Origin: Octopus sinensis
Lineage: Eukaryota
Direction: 5' to 3'
DNA: 64,000 nt
Assembly: GCF_006345805.1 (NCBI RefSeq)
Contig: NC_043017.1
Coordinates: 30,628,001-30,692,000, forward strand
The notes beneath the pieces were generated by a model. It searched no databases and was not told the DNA's origin. It saw only the letters and a program-made list of their open reading frames with translations. The position numbers and the translations under genes were made by a program. Positions 1 through 13,311 of this stretch are shown one piece after another. Position 1 is the first letter of the stretch. Each line of letters begins with the position of its first letter.

Positions 1-735
1 ACATTATATACGCGTGCACCGACGTAGACACACACACATTTATAACGTAATAAAAGCATTTATTTTATGCAAATTAATTTATTATTTTTTGTATATTCTT
101 TAAGCAGTTGCATGAGAGATGCTGTTTGAATTTTAGCTGTAGAAACAGGAAATTATGAAACACCATTGAAGATTTTGTTTGGTACTATTTAAGCATGGAT
201 TTATTTTATGGAGTGTGTGTCTATGCGTCTGTGTTGGTATGTGCGTCTAGTCACGCGAATTTCTGTGTTTGTTGTGCGTGAGTCTGTACATTTTTGCGGT
301 AGGCAGATTCTAAAAACATACATATATATAAAGCAAGATGGATTTAAAAAATAAAAATAAAAACAAGCCAAAACTATATGTAATAAGCAGAAAAAGAGAA
401 ACAATTTTCTACTTATAGTGTAAATGTGAAATAAACTTGGTGTTCTATTTTGCAATTTTAATCTACACTGAACGGAGATACCTTTTCATAAATAGAAAAT
501 GGATCGCTCTTCTGGTTTGCAACCACGCTACTTATGTTTAGTATTCGGAAAGGAAAGAAACAAAATAATTTCAAGATTATTTATTGATCACGAGCGCAGC
601 TGCAGGCAGGCTTCAAGCAGAAGAGTTATTATGAAGGAGGAATACATGTGTAATACATAAAATAACAGGAAATACTTACGTGGTGCGTTTTTCCACTATG
701 ATTACTATGTCGCTAGGTGTGTGTATTTTATTAAT

Positions 736-1145
<410 letters not shown>

Positions 1146-1719
1146 TACATCCATGCAATGTAGATGTATAAATAAAGACACAGAGAAAGAGCGGGACATT
1201 GGTAAATTTGTGTATATGAATGCACACTGTAATGTAAATAATGGTGTATTTTCATAGAATTATGAAATTGTGTGGATACATACGCTTTATATATATATCT
1301 ACAAAATATTTATATAAAAATACGTACACACGTGATATATTAATATATCTATTGCTATCTATTATTTTTAGATGTTTTAGTCATTTAAATAAACCGCAAG
1401 AGAAATCTTCATGGTGGCGTGTTGCCGGGGCGTCGCCTTAAAGAATATTTCTTAGTCGGAAAGATCGAGTAGACTATTTATTTTATCAGTCTCTTTTTGC
1501 CGCACTGTTTGGTTATGGAAAAAAAAACTGTTGTCATGTGGTGGTCAGCGACAAATGCACTCACAACAGAGAGAGAGCGGGGTATGAGAGAGAGAGTGAG
1601 AGACAGAGGCATGCACACAGAAACACACATATTTATAGAGTCGTGCCTTTGTGTATATATGCATGTATCTCTTTCTCTCGCTCTCCCTCTCTCTCTGTAT
1701 ATGTATATATATGCTCGAA

Positions 1720-1860
1720 ATTCTCAGAAAAACAAAAGAAAGGGACAGGTAAACAAACAAGTGTATTTGTTTGACGTTCGGGAAAAATAAAAAAGTATTT
1801 TATAGTTCGAGCCTACGCTCTTCATCACAATGGAATAAGAGAAAATAAACAGAGAGAACG
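1720..1860 (-). mobile_element. Penelope-like pLTR fragment with degenerate hammerhead motif (same family as 54545-54735)
   Basis: Minus strand reads GTGATGAAGAGCGTAGGCTCGAACT (core, stem II GAGC/GCTC, decayed GAAA); collinear with 54545-54735; adjacent to TA repeat. Confidence 0.55.
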
Positions 1861-2144
1861 AAAATAATATTGTAAATTGCAGATGTCCATCATGGTGTTT
1901 GATTTGAAAAAAGAAGAGGTTGACCAAATGTCTTCCCCATCATGCCTGTTTAAATTTGTCTGAGATTATCAAGTACTATAGGAACAAACGAAATATGTGA
2001 AATTATTTATAAATGAATATAGTGATGGTATTATTATGATACCATCACGAGTGGCAAGCGAATTATCATCTGCACAGTCATATTAATAAAATATATACAT
2101 ACAATATTGGATATATACATGATGTGCATCTTGTTGGAACACTG

Positions 2145-2370
2145 GATCTGGTAGATACGTTAGCACGCCGGGCGAAATGCTTAGCGGTATTTCGTCTGCT
2201 GTTACGTTCTGAGTTCAAATTCCGCCGAGGTCGACTTTGTCTTTCATCTTTTCGGGGTCGATAAAATAAGTACCAGTTACGCACTGGGGTCGATGTAATA
2301 GACTTAATCCGTTTGTCTGTCCTTGTTTGTCCCCTCTGAGTTTAGTCCCTTGTGGGTAGTAAAGAAACAG
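2145..2370 (+). mobile_element. SINE family A (tRNA head + Meta-domain-like core)
   Basis: B-box GAGTTCAAATTCC, core GTCGACTTTG.CTTTCATC.TTTCGGGGTCGATAAA..AAGTACCAG, tail ..TGTGGGTAGTAAAGAAA; more than 12 homologues in the window. Confidence 0.9.
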
Positions 2371-2662
2371 ATTTGTGGTATGTGGAAATTGTGACTGCTC
2401 TCTTCTGTGGGATGGAGAAAGAATCATGTTTCTTTCTCTTGTTTCGTCTTTGTTCTTCAATTATCACATTTTTCGTCAGAAGAATTACATCTATAGAAAC
2501 TCCATAGTGTGAATTTGTGTTAAAATAGACTGCTTTACAATGATGTATATAGTGTCCTTTTAGTATACTATACATGTAACAAACTTGTTCTCCGATGATT
2601 GCACTAAATTCGCGCTATTTTGCGCATTTCATTAATTTATGATCTCTTTTACCCCTTGTTCT

Positions 2663-2940
2663 TCTTCAGTTACCAAATTGCGGCCCTGCTGGGGCACCGC
2701 TTCAAAGAGTTTCAGCCGAATGAATCGATTCCAGTGCATTCTTTTATTATATTTTAAGGCTAGTACTTATTCTATCAATCTAAGTTACGGGAACGTAAAC
2801 ACACCGATACCGGTTGTCAAGCGGTGATGGGGACAAACACACACACACACATAAACACATACTCACACACACGCTCACACTCACACACACACACGTATAT
2901 GTACGGTGTGTTTCTTTCAATTTCCGTATACCAAATTTAC
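2663..2940 (-). mobile_element. SINE family B, degenerate copy
   Basis: Diverged match to the 3' half and internal CA repeat of 5047-5466. Confidence 0.65.
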
Positions 2941-3377
2941 TGATTTGGATGGCAGGTGACTATATCAGAAGACACCTTAGCAGTAGCAGCAGTGGCAGCA
3001 GCAGCAGCTGTTGCAACAATAGTAGTATTATTTGAAGTAGTATTATTAGTTTCAGCTATTGTTGCTGTCGCTTTATTGTTTGAATTCATGCCAGACTCCG
3101 TCCAAACGTCCAGTCATCGAATATTTTGTTGTATATCCTGCAGCCAAATACCTTATCCGGTACTGCATTGCAAAGTTGCACTTCCTTTTGAATGTGTTTT
3201 TGTTGGATATGAAATACATACGGCTTCAAATATGGTGTCAGCGTTCACACATTATTATTTCTGTCTTTCCTCCGTTGCCCATCTATTTCTGTATTTAACA
3301 GTAAAATTGTCTCAAATACCAAAATGACCTCCTATTCCTCTTTGCATAGCTAACTGAATATTTTGCTGTATATTCAA

Positions 3378-3764
3378 CTAGCAGTATCGCCCGGCGTTGC
3401 TCGTGTTTGTAAGGAAAATAATTATATAAGCATTTTTAGAGAGTTAGAGCAAAAAAATGCATTAAAAATCGAAAAAAAATGATGGTAAATTGTTTTTTAA
3501 ATAGTTGACTCGTCGTAGACATTTTTAGAGAGTTACTTCCCTTATATAATAGCGAAAAAATGCATTAAAATGGAAAAAAATGATGGTAAATTATTTTTTA
3601 AATCGTAGACTCATCGTAGACGCGCGCTAATACCCAGAAGGGCTCGATATGAATCACGACTATAAGATACCCGCTTTTGGTTAAACTGCACCGCAAAATG
3701 TGGGAGTAGTTAGGAATCTAAATCGTAGGAGACAGACACACAACTTGACTTTTATATGTAAAGA
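3378..3764 (-). mobile_element. Non-autonomous Helitron (copy 1)
   Basis: Minus strand starts A|TCTTTACATATAAAAG and ends with a GC-rich subterminal hairpin (CGAGCAACGCCGGG) then CTAG|T; no TSD; homologous to 28819-29195. Confidence 0.85.
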
Positions 3765-4567
3765 TTAAGTGTATTTTCTTTTAGTCTCGAAGAAATATAT
3801 GCGGTATTTCTTGCGTCTCTCTGAGAAGTCACCTCAAATCCTGTTCACATCAAATTAGACCTTCATCAAACTTGAAGACCAAAAAACATCACGCGCTCAC
3901 CCAATTATTGACATCCATGTTATCGACTATAGACATATGCATCTGATTACTGGTCTTGTGACTAAATTACAAACCAATACTCCCTGTAAAAGACAGTAAT
4001 TTCAACTGAAAATATATGTCAATCTCATTTGTTTCATTACTAAGAAACACCACTGAAATATCATGGAACACTTAACGGATTATTTGCATTAGAATTGTTG
4101 TAATGCTAATATAAGAAGCAATAATATATTAATGATTCTTGAATTAGAAAAAGGAAAGTAAATATGTAATGGCAAAAGAATATCGATAATGAGTTATTGA
4201 TATCACTTAAAATCTTGTTTAGAAGAGATGGTGAATCAAGGTATGTTTCGATGTTATTGATCTCTTTAGCTAAGTTTCAGACTACGCACCAAAGTTGTGC
4301 TGAGTAATATATCGTTTATTGTTTTATCTTCTTACGGTTATGTGACTGCGGCTATGGTGGGATACCCCCTTCCAGGGTTTTTTAATCGAACAACGAATTT
4401 TAAAATGTGGCTTAATTTTGGTATAGGCATAGAAAAATGAGCGAAAGTGATGTAAGGATAATAATTCTAAGATTTATTTTTACGTGTGGGAGAAAAGCGT
4501 TCAATCAACATAGATGATGTGAATCGTCGAACAGTCACATACATTGATTTTACAATTACCATAACAT

Positions 4568-4915
4568 TCTACTGAAAGACGATATTGCAAGAATGTGGAA
4601 TATGAGGTGAGTGTCTGGCATTCCTAAGAGCACTAGCAGACAGGTTCGAGAAATATGGCAAAAAAATAGGGAATTAGCATGAGAGCAGGACTAGCCCAAG
4701 AAACTGCGCTACTGGGTTTTGTGATTCACACTTGAATGTTGAATGTCTTCCTTGGTAATTTACAGCGAAGTACCGAATCTTATACTGTCCGGGAAAAATC
4801 TCCGTGAGACCTCTGACAGCAGGGTGCTGTCTACTTTCACAGAAGCTACCGGAGTGACAAGATCGAACACTATGTGAAGAACCACAAGAAATACAACAAC
4901 AACAACAACAACAAT
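4568..4915 (+). mobile_element. Decayed R4/Dong-clade LINE 3' end (family C)
   Basis: LLKDDIARMWNMR..VSV and AQETALLG match the C-terminus at 10515-10720; 3'UTR homologous to 10775-10865; ends in (CAA)n. Confidence 0.65.
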
Positions 4916-5046
4916 TTAAAAACCAAATGCACAAATAAAATCGTCACTGAAGTGACTAAGGTTGCAAATCAACAACAGCATTGCTGCATTGCAGCTTTAA
5001 TCAAAATTTAAAACAGAGGATACCATCCAATGTTTTGTTTTTTGCA

Positions 5047-5466
5047 AGAGTGGCTGTGTGGTAAGTAGCTTGCTTACCGACCACATAGTTCCGAGTTCAA
5101 TCCCATTGCGTCGCACCTTGGGCGAGTGTCTTCTACAATAATCTCGGGCCGGCAGAAGCCTTGTGAGTGGATTTGGTAGACGGAAACTGAAAGAAGCCCG
5201 TAGTATATATGTATATGTATATATATGTATATGTGTGTGTGTGCGTGCTTGTGTGTCTGTGTTTGTCACCCCGACATCGCTTGACAACAGATGCTGATGT
5301 GTTTACGTCCCCATAACCCTAGCGGTTTGGCAAACGAGGCCCATAGAATAAGTACTAGGCTTACAAAGAATAAGTCCTGGGTTTCAATTTGCTCGACTAA
5401 AGATGGTTTTCCAGCATGGGCGCAGTCAAATGACTGAAACAAATAAAAGATTAAAAGAGTAAAAGA
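5047..5466 (+). mobile_element. SINE family B (tRNA head, CCTTGGGCAAGT CORE-like motif, internal TA/TG microsatellite, tail ..CAGTCAAATGACTGAAACAAGTAAAAGAG)
   Basis: Full-length, with A/B-box-like head; more than 12 homologues in the window. Confidence 0.9.
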
Positions 5467-5501
5467 ATGGAGAGAATTTCTCCCAGTATATCCTGGAGTG
5501 A

Positions 5502-5933
5502 TAGGCGCAGGAGTGGCTGTGATAGGCGCAGGAGTGGTAAGTAGCTTGCTAACCAACCACATGGTTCCGGGTTCAGTCTCACTGCGTGGCATCTTGGGCA
5601 AGTGTCTTCTGCTATAGCCCCGGGCCGACCAATGCCTTGTGAGTGGATTTGGTAGACAGAAACTGAAAGAAGCCTGTCGTATATATGTATATATATATAT
5701 ATATGTATGTGTGTGTTTGTGTGTCTGTGTTTGTCCCCCTAGCATTGCTTGACAACCGATGCTGGTGTGTTTATGTGCCCCGTCACTTAGCTGTTCGGCA
5801 AAAGAGACCAATAGAGTAAGTACTGGGCTTACAAAGAATAAGTCCCGGGGTCGAGTTGCTCGATTAAAGGTGGTGCTCCAGCATGGCCGCAGTCAAATGA
5901 CTGAAACAAGTAAAAGAGTAAAAGAGAGAGAGT
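5502..5933 (+). mobile_element. SINE family B, tandem with previous copy; about 21-bp duplication at its 5' end
   Basis: GATAGGCGCAGGAGTGG occurs twice at 5500-5537, followed by a full body and tail. Confidence 0.9.
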
Positions 5934-6658
5934 AACATGTACTTGTACTAATTGATGAAAAGGAAGAGTTAATCAGATTCTGTTCTTTAATATACAGCGG
6001 TGTATAATTTTTTCTTCCCACCTCTGTAACAGAGGAAAACAGCTCAGATTTATAAATGTTTCCTGTCTACATGTTCTGGTACTTCCTTAGTTGCGTGATA
6101 TAATGTTCTACTTCATTTTGTTCCTTATTTCCCTTCGTTGAAAACGTGTAATATTTCCTACCTCTCTTGTTACTAGTAATAAAATATTCAAAAGTGTGTG
6201 ATTGGGTATTTAGAAAACACTTTCTGTTCGTTGCTAAACTGTTCCCTTGGCCTTCTTTATAAGCATTCAGTTTGGCTGTACACACACACACGCATTTTTT
6301 CACACGTTTATATGTGCGTGTGTATGTGAATATATTTATGTATGTGAGGGCACTTATGTATGTGTCTATGTAGGCGTGTTGCAATCTAACGAAAGCATGT
6401 ACGGTGGCCATTTTGAAACTCACAGTATGAATTGTCAGAATAAAATTTCTAAGTTTGTTAAATACAGTTATTTTTTGTTTTTATTACTGTTGTTTAGCCT
6501 GAGGTGTTAATAGCAGGCTTTCCGTATCTAATTATATTTCTACTTTGCAAGTACTCCAGAGATAATTTCATATCGTAATGCTTGAATAAACTGTGTCAAG
6601 AAATCAGAAAAATAAGCGACGTCTTCACACTTCGATTGTCAAACTACGTCAAGAACAT

Positions 6659-6710
<52 letters not shown>

Positions 6711-6762
6711 GCTGCTGCTACTACTACTACTACTACTAATAATAATAATACCACCAACCACC

Positions 6763-6813
<51 letters not shown>
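6659..6813. repeat. Compound trinucleotide microsatellite (ACT/GCT/AAT/ACC)
   Basis: Direct reading. Confidence 0.95.
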
Positions 6814-6815
<2 letters not shown>

Positions 6816-6821
6816 CACATG

Positions 6822-6988
6822 GCAGGCAATGTCACGTGCGATTTACCTTGATATGAGTTCACCATGTGACGAATATATTGTTGCGATGCATGTGCCTGGT
6901 GTACACCTATCAGACGATGATGATTATATTGGACTTCATATATTTGTACCGCAGTGTCACTTTGTTGGTGTGCACTGCTCTTTCACTC
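6822..6988 (+). mobile_element. 3' part of TAA-associated element family D
   Basis: Diverged homologue of 32240-32407; both end in CACTC followed by (AAT)n. Confidence 0.7.
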
Positions 6989-7035
<47 letters not shown>

Positions 7036-7048
7036 TCATAATAATAAT

Positions 7049-7319
7049 AAATCTAAAAACAGAAACAATCCCCATCATAGTAGGCGCATTAGGTATGATA
7101 AAAAAAATATTCAGACAAATACATAACAAAAACACCAGGACTTACAAACACATATAACATACAGAAAATTGCACTACTAGGCACTGCACATATCCTACGC
7201 AGAACACTTTCCATACATTAAACCATCAGAAAATCACAACAAATCACAACACATACCCAAGGCACACAGATCTGCGCTCGGTAGTGAAGTGAAAGCACGT
7301 TATAAAAATAAAACTACTG
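7049..7319 (+). mobile_element. R4/Dong-clade LINE family A, 5'-truncated (A1)
   Basis: NLKTETIPIIVGALGMIKK...KIALLGTAHILRRTLS plus 3'UTR ending AAACTACTG; (TAA)n on both sides. Confidence 0.85.
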
Positions 7320-7450
7320 AATAAAAATAATAATTATAATAATTGTAATAATAATAATGATGATGATGATGATGATGATAATAATAATAATAATAATAAT
7401 GATGATGATGATGATGATGATGATAATAATAATAATAATAATAATAATAA

Positions 7451-7531
<81 letters not shown>

Positions 7532-7540
7532 AAGAAGAAC

Positions 7541-7940
7541 ATGCCTCCTCATTGATATGACTGTCTCAATGGATATAAACGTATCCATGAAGACCTACCA
7601 AAAACTGAGCAAATATAAAGATGTTGAAATAGATTGCAAAAGGAGATGATTGCTATTTCAATCAGATACCAGGAAACCCCAAAATGGCAGAAATTCAAAA
7701 GATAGTGCTCATGGGAACTGCTCATATCCTACGCAAAATACTCTCTATATAATCCCAAGGTTAAAAACATTTTTTTAAAATTTATGTATTGGACATTCAC
7801 TAGTACACACCAAAAAAAACCCCAAATATATGGCACACTAGGCATAACAACAACGTGAACTTCCAACCATTTGTCTCTTGAGGTCTCTGGGTGAGAATTG
7901 GAGCCACCTTGTAACAGACATAAAGCAAAAGTCAACATAG
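7541..7940 (+). mobile_element. R4/Dong-clade LINE family B, 5'-truncated with internal deletion (B1)
   Basis: CLLIDMTVSMD..KLSKYKDVEI...GTAHILRKILS; paralogue of 8883-9351; ends in (AAT)n. Confidence 0.85.
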
Positions 7941-8043
7941 AATAATAATAATAATAATAATAATAATATAATAATAATAATATAATAATAATAATAATAA
8001 TAAAATAATAATAAATAATAATAATATTAATAATAATAATATA

Positions 8044-8730
8044 ATGTAATGAAAAGAAATATACAAGTAACTCAGAATATGTGGAGATGGACAAGAAACA
8101 TAAATCATATTATCTCTAGCTGCCCAGTCCTGGCTAAGAGGAATATATTCACAGACATGACAGAGTTGGAACCTACATACATTGGAAGCTATGCCAACAT
8201 TATGGAATAACAACAGAAAAAAGATGATATAGGCACACACCAGAAAAGGTCACAGAAAACGAGAAAGCACCATACTCTGGGATATGCCGATACACACAGA
8301 TAGAGAAATTAAGCCAACAGACCAGATATAGTTGTCAGAGATCAAGAAGAAAAAAATGCTTTCTAATTGTTGTATCAATACCGGCTGATGACAACGTGTC
8401 TCTAAAAGAAATGGAGAAACTCTCAAAATACAAAGACCTGGAAAGTAGAGGTAACTAGAATGTGGAATCTGAAAACAGAAACAATTCCTATCATAGTAGG
8501 TGCATTAGGCATGATAAAAAAATATTCAGACAAATACATAACAAAAACACCAGGACTTACAAACACATATAACATACTAAAGAAATTGCACTACTAGGCA
8601 CTGCACACATCCTACGCAGAACACTTTCCATACAGTAACCATCAGAGCATCACACAAACCACAGCACATACCCAAGGCCACAGATCTGCGCTCGGTAGTG
8701 AAGTGAAAGCTCGCTATAAAAATAAAACTA

Positions 8731-8733
<3 letters not shown>
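8044..8733 (+). pseudogene. R4/Dong-clade LINE family A (A2): frameshifted CCHC zinc knuckle + PD-(D/E)xK restriction-like endonuclease
   Basis: Pieced across 1-bp indels: (C)RICGDGQETINHIISSCPVLA..EYIHRHDRVGTYIHWKLCQ..ILWDMPIHTDREIK.NRPDIVVRD..KEMEKLSKYKDLE; flanked by (TAA)n. Confidence 0.9.
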
Positions 8734-8779
<46 letters not shown>

Positions 8780-8882
8780 GAAGAAGAAGAAGAAGAAGAA
8801 GAAGAAGAAGAAAAAAAAGAAGAAGAAGAAGAAGAAGAAGAAGAAGAAGAAGAAGAAGAAGAAGAAGAAGAAGACGAAGAAG

Positions 8883-9350
8883 ATGCCTCCTCAATGATAT
8901 GACTGTCTCAATGGATATAAATGTATTTGTGAAGACCTACCAAAAACTGAGCAAATATAAAGATGTTGAAATAGAAATCAGCAAAATGTGGAACCTGAAG
9001 ACTAAAACAATACCTGTTGTCATAGGTGTCCTGGGAATGATAGCGAAAGGGGCTGATTGCTACCTAGCTCAGATACCAGGAAACCCCAAAATGGCAGAAA
9101 TTCAAAAGATAGTGCTCATGGGAACTGCTCATATCCTACGCAAAATACTCTCTATGTAATCCCAAGTTTTAAAACAAACTTTTTTTAAAATTTATGTTTT
9201 GGACATTCACTAGTACAACACCAAAACAAAAACCAAATATATGGCACACTAGGCAAAACAACAACGTGAACTTCCAACCTGTTGTCTCTTGAGGTCTCTG
9301 GGTGAGACTTGGAGCCAACTTGTACAGACATAAAGTAAAAGTCAAACATA

Positions 9351-9351
<1 letters not shown>
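8883..9351 (+). mobile_element. R4/Dong-clade LINE family B 3' end (B2)
   Basis: ORF 8899-9159 KLSKYKDVEIEISKMWNLKTKTIPVVIGVLG..GTAHILRKILSM is an RLE C-terminus; 3'UTR followed by (AAT)n. Confidence 0.88.
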
Positions 9352-9430
<79 letters not shown>

Positions 9431-9431
<1 letters not shown>

Positions 9432-9661
9432 AGACAAATACAAAACAAAAAATTCAGACAAATACATAACAAAAACACCAGGACTTACAAACACATATAA
9501 CATACAGAAAATTGCACTACTAGGCATTGCACACATCCTACGCAGAACACTTTCCATACAATAACCATCAGAGCATCACAACAAATCACAGCACATACCC
9601 AAGGCACACAGAGCTGCGCTCGGTAGTGAAGTGAAAGCACGCTATAAAAATAAAACTACTG
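9431..9661 (+). mobile_element. R4/Dong-clade LINE family A short 3' end (A3)
   Basis: Same 3' end as A1/A2; short 5' duplication CAGACAAATACA; between (AAT)n arrays. Confidence 0.85.
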
Positions 9662-9692
9662 AATAATAATAATAATATAATAATAATAATAA

Positions 9693-9740
<48 letters not shown>

Positions 9741-9766
9741 TAATAATAATACTTATAATAATAATA

Positions 9767-10865
9767 GCGAGCTGGTCCAAAAATAATACGACCTGGGATA
9801 GAGCACAGAAATGATTACGAACATGCACCAGAAGTGGTTACCGAGAATAATGAATATAAGATACGGTGGGATTCTACGGTCAATTGTGACTTCCCGTATC
9901 GTTGCTCGGGGACCGGACGTTGTTGTGGTAGATAAAGCGTAAAGGAAACAAAGATTATAAACATTGCAATAACTGGAGATGCATAAGTGACAAAGATCTG
10001 GAGAAGTTGGAAAAGGATATGGATGGATGGAAGCACTCCATCGGTTACGACGACGATGGTTCCGGTTGATCCGAATCAACGGAACAGCCTGCTCGTGAAA
10101 TTAACGTGTAAGTGGCTGAGCACTCCACAGACACGTGTAACCTTAACGTAGTTCTCGGGGATATTCAGCGTGACACAGAGAGTGACAAGGCCGGCCCTTT
10201 GAAATACAGGTACTCCACTGACACGTGTACCCTTAACGTAGTTCTCGGGGATATTCAGCGTGACACAGAGAGTGACAAGGCCGGCGCTTTGAAATACAGG
10301 TACAACAGAAACAGGAAGTAAGAGTGAGAGAAAGTTGTGGTGAAAGAGTACAGCAAGGATCACCACCATCCCTTGCCGGAGCCTCGTGGAGCTTTAGGTG
10401 TTTTTCGTTCAATAAACACTCACAACGCCCGGTCTGGGAATCGAAACCGCGATCCTATGACCGCGAGTCCGCTGCACTAACCACTGGGCCATTGCGCCTC
10501 CACCGGAAAAGAATAGAATACTAAAAGACGAAATTGCAAGAATTTGGACTATGAGGAGAGTGAGTGTCGTTCTGGTAGTTGTAGGGGCAATCGGAGGACT
10601 AACTGCCAAGTTCCAGGAACATGTCAGAGAAATTGGAATTGACTCAAGAGCAGAGCAAGTCCTAAGAACGGCTCTGCGGTGGACAGTCAGGTTCTCCAGA
10701 TTGGTACTTGGTTGTTGAATGTCAACCATGATAATTAACAACCAAGTACCACAGCTTGTAGAGTGTTGAGAGAGATACTGTGAGAACTCCAACGACTGGA
10801 TGCTGTCCGCTCTCACGAAACCAACCAGAGCAGACAAAATGGAGCGCTCTGAGAAGTAAGACAAC
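9767..10865 (+). mobile_element. R4/Dong-clade LINE family C, decayed, interrupted by a SINE
   Basis: YEHAPEVVTENNEYKIRWD..ARGPDVVVVDK..DLEKLEK [SINE] RILKDEIARIWTMRRVSVVLVVVGAIG; starts directly after (AAT)n. Confidence 0.75.
10020..10503 (-). mobile_element. SINE family C (tRNA-derived, possibly octopus OR-type), with 90-bp internal tandem duplication
   Basis: Head GTGGAGGCGCAATGGCCCAGTGGTTAG..GGTTTCGATTCCC; 10121-10210 duplicated at 10211-10300; TSD GGAAAAGRATA at 10009-10019 and 10505-10515. Confidence 0.9.
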
Positions 10866-10927
10866 AACAACAACAATAAGAAAAATAATGATAGTAATAG
10901 TAAGGAAGATAATAATGAAGTTTACAA

Positions 10928-10937
10928 TGATGACATC

Positions 10938-10971
<34 letters not shown>

Positions 10972-11227
10972 ATGATGATGACGATGATGACGATGACGAT
11001 GATGACGATGACGAGGATGATGATGATGATGATGATGGGGATGATGATGATGGTGATGATGACGATGATGATGATGATGATGATGAGGATGACGATGACG
11101 ATGACGATGATGATGATGATGATGATGATGTGATGATGATGACGATGATGATGATGACGATGACGATGATGATGATGATGATGACGATGACGATGACGAT
11201 GACGATGATGATGATGATGATGATGAC

Positions 11228-11282
<55 letters not shown>

Positions 11283-11283
11283 T

Positions 11284-11322
<39 letters not shown>

Positions 11323-11498
11323 GGATGATGAGGATGACCATGACCATGACGATGATGATGATGATGATGATGATGTTGATGATGATGATGTCGATGATGA
11401 TTTTGATGTTGATGACGATGATGATGATGATAATGATGATGGTGGTGATGATGATGGTGATGACGACGATGATGATAACCATCATCATCATCATCATC
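10928..11498. repeat. About 570-bp (GAT/GAC)n microsatellite
   Basis: Direct reading; source of the poly-M/D/I/S ORFs. Confidence 0.97.
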
Positions 11499-12039
11499 TT
11501 ACTACACTTACGAGTATGTGACTCAGAATATATATTTTCACGATAAAGGGCTCCTATAATCCAGAACAGTAGCAGTTTGCATTAGCAACAATATTTCCGT
11601 CTGCCTTCATCATATCTGATAGTATGTAGTCACGTAATCGCTGATATTGTAATATAAGCACCATATGAATTTCATTGTTACGTATAAGCGTGGGCCGCTA
11701 TTCCTACTTATCATCCTATCTTCCTGTGGAATTTCACCCTGGAGCTGTGTGCTTTCGTTCCTGTTATCCTGTTTAATTGTGAGCCTCTGTGCATTCTATT
11801 GCATTGCCATTGTTATCTTCGTAAGGTGTGAAACACCTCCGCATAGTCTGATCGGGTATGAGGAAGAGCCAGCGAGATAAAATATAGCAGCAGCAACGAA
11901 GAATGCAACTGCAAACACCATAACAACAAATAACTGTGAAATAATTAAAAACCCAAAACCAAAAACAACATAATCATCAACAATATGACCACTATCAGAA
12001 ATTACATGAATACCAGTACCAATATGAACAGAGATATCT

Positions 12040-12293
12040 CGTTTACTCGTTTACTCTTATACTTGTTTCAGTCATTTGACTGCGGCCATGCTGGAGCACC
12101 GCATTTTTAGTCGAGCAAATCGATCCCAGGACTTATTCTTTGTAAACCTAGTACTTATTCTATCGGTCTCTTTTGCCGAACCGCTAGATAACGGGGACGT
12201 AAACACACTAGCATCGGTTGTCAAGCGATGTTGGGTGTGGGGGGGGGGCAAACACACACACATATATATATATACATATATATATATGTCGTA

Positions 12294-12355
<62 letters not shown>

Positions 12356-12762
12356 TGTGTGTGTGTTTGTGTGTCTGTGTTTGTTCCCCCTAGCATTGCT
12401 TGACAACCGATGCTGGTGTGTTTATGTCCTCATTACTTAGCAGTTCGGCAAAAGAGACCGATAGAATAAGTACTGGGCTTATAAAAGAATAAATCCCGAT
12501 TAAATCCCGATTAAATGGTCGATTAAAGGCGGTGCTCCAGCATGGCCGCAGTCAAATGACTGAAACAAGTAAAAGAGTAAATAGTATATATATATACGTC
12601 GGGCTTCTTTCGGTGTCCGTCTACCAAATCCACTCACAAGGCTTTGGTCGGCCCGAATCTATAGTAGAAGACACCTGCGAAAGGTGCCACGCAGTGGGAC
12701 TGAACCCGGAACCGTGTGGTTGGTAAGCAAGCTACTTACCACACAGCCACTCCTGCGCCTGT
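12040..12762 (-). mobile_element. SINE family B with an antisense family-B 3' half (12352-12585, +) nested in its internal microsatellite
   Basis: Head at 12762-12595 (-), tail at 12260-12040 (-), opposite-strand tail between them. Confidence 0.85.
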
Positions 12763-12964
12763 ATCAAAAATATAGATAACTTTATTAGTAACAACTAAAA
12801 TAGCAATAGAAACCACAAGAATATGTGGGACGGTAAGTACGTAGAAAGTTAGTAATACCAATTAATAGTACCAACAACATAAACATAATTTCATCAACAA
12901 CAGAAAGCGTAGCCACAATAAGGGTTTCGATATTTCTGTCAGCAGTGTTTATAATACAGTTCTA

Positions 12965-13310
12965 TATTTAAGAGATGAGGAATTATGTACATTATTTACA
13001 TATTATGCGCAGAAAATCCCTGGAGAAGGACATCATGCTCGGAATGGTCAGTGGCAAGAGAGGAAGAGGCCGACCAAGAACCCGCTGGCTTGACACCATC
13101 AAGAGCGATACCGGATTGGACATAGCCAATCTGAAAGAAGCGGCCCAGGATAGAACTGACTGGAGGACACTGATCCATGGAGTAACCGAGAGTCGACTTC
13201 GACTGGGCGGATAGATAGATAGATAGATTTACATTATTTACATTCGACGGATATTTGTCCTCAGCTTGTTTGTTGTTAACACAACGTTTCGGCTGATATA
13301 CTCTCCAGCC
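12965..13310 (-). mobile_element. Penelope-like pLTR fragment (truncated hammerhead), split by an RTE insertion
   Basis: Minus strand GGCTG-GAGAGTATAT-CAGCC-GAAACGTTGTG is stem II + GAAA of a minimal hammerhead; the CTGATGA half is lost. Confidence 0.5.
13002..13229 (+). mobile_element. RTE (BovB-like) LINE 3' end, 5'-truncated
   Basis: HIMRRKSLEKDIMLGMVSGKRGRGRPRTRWLDTIK..WRTLIHGVTESRLRL; (TAGA)n tail; TSD TACATTATTTACAT at 12988-13001 and 13230-13243. Confidence 0.9.
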
Positions 13311-13311
13311 A

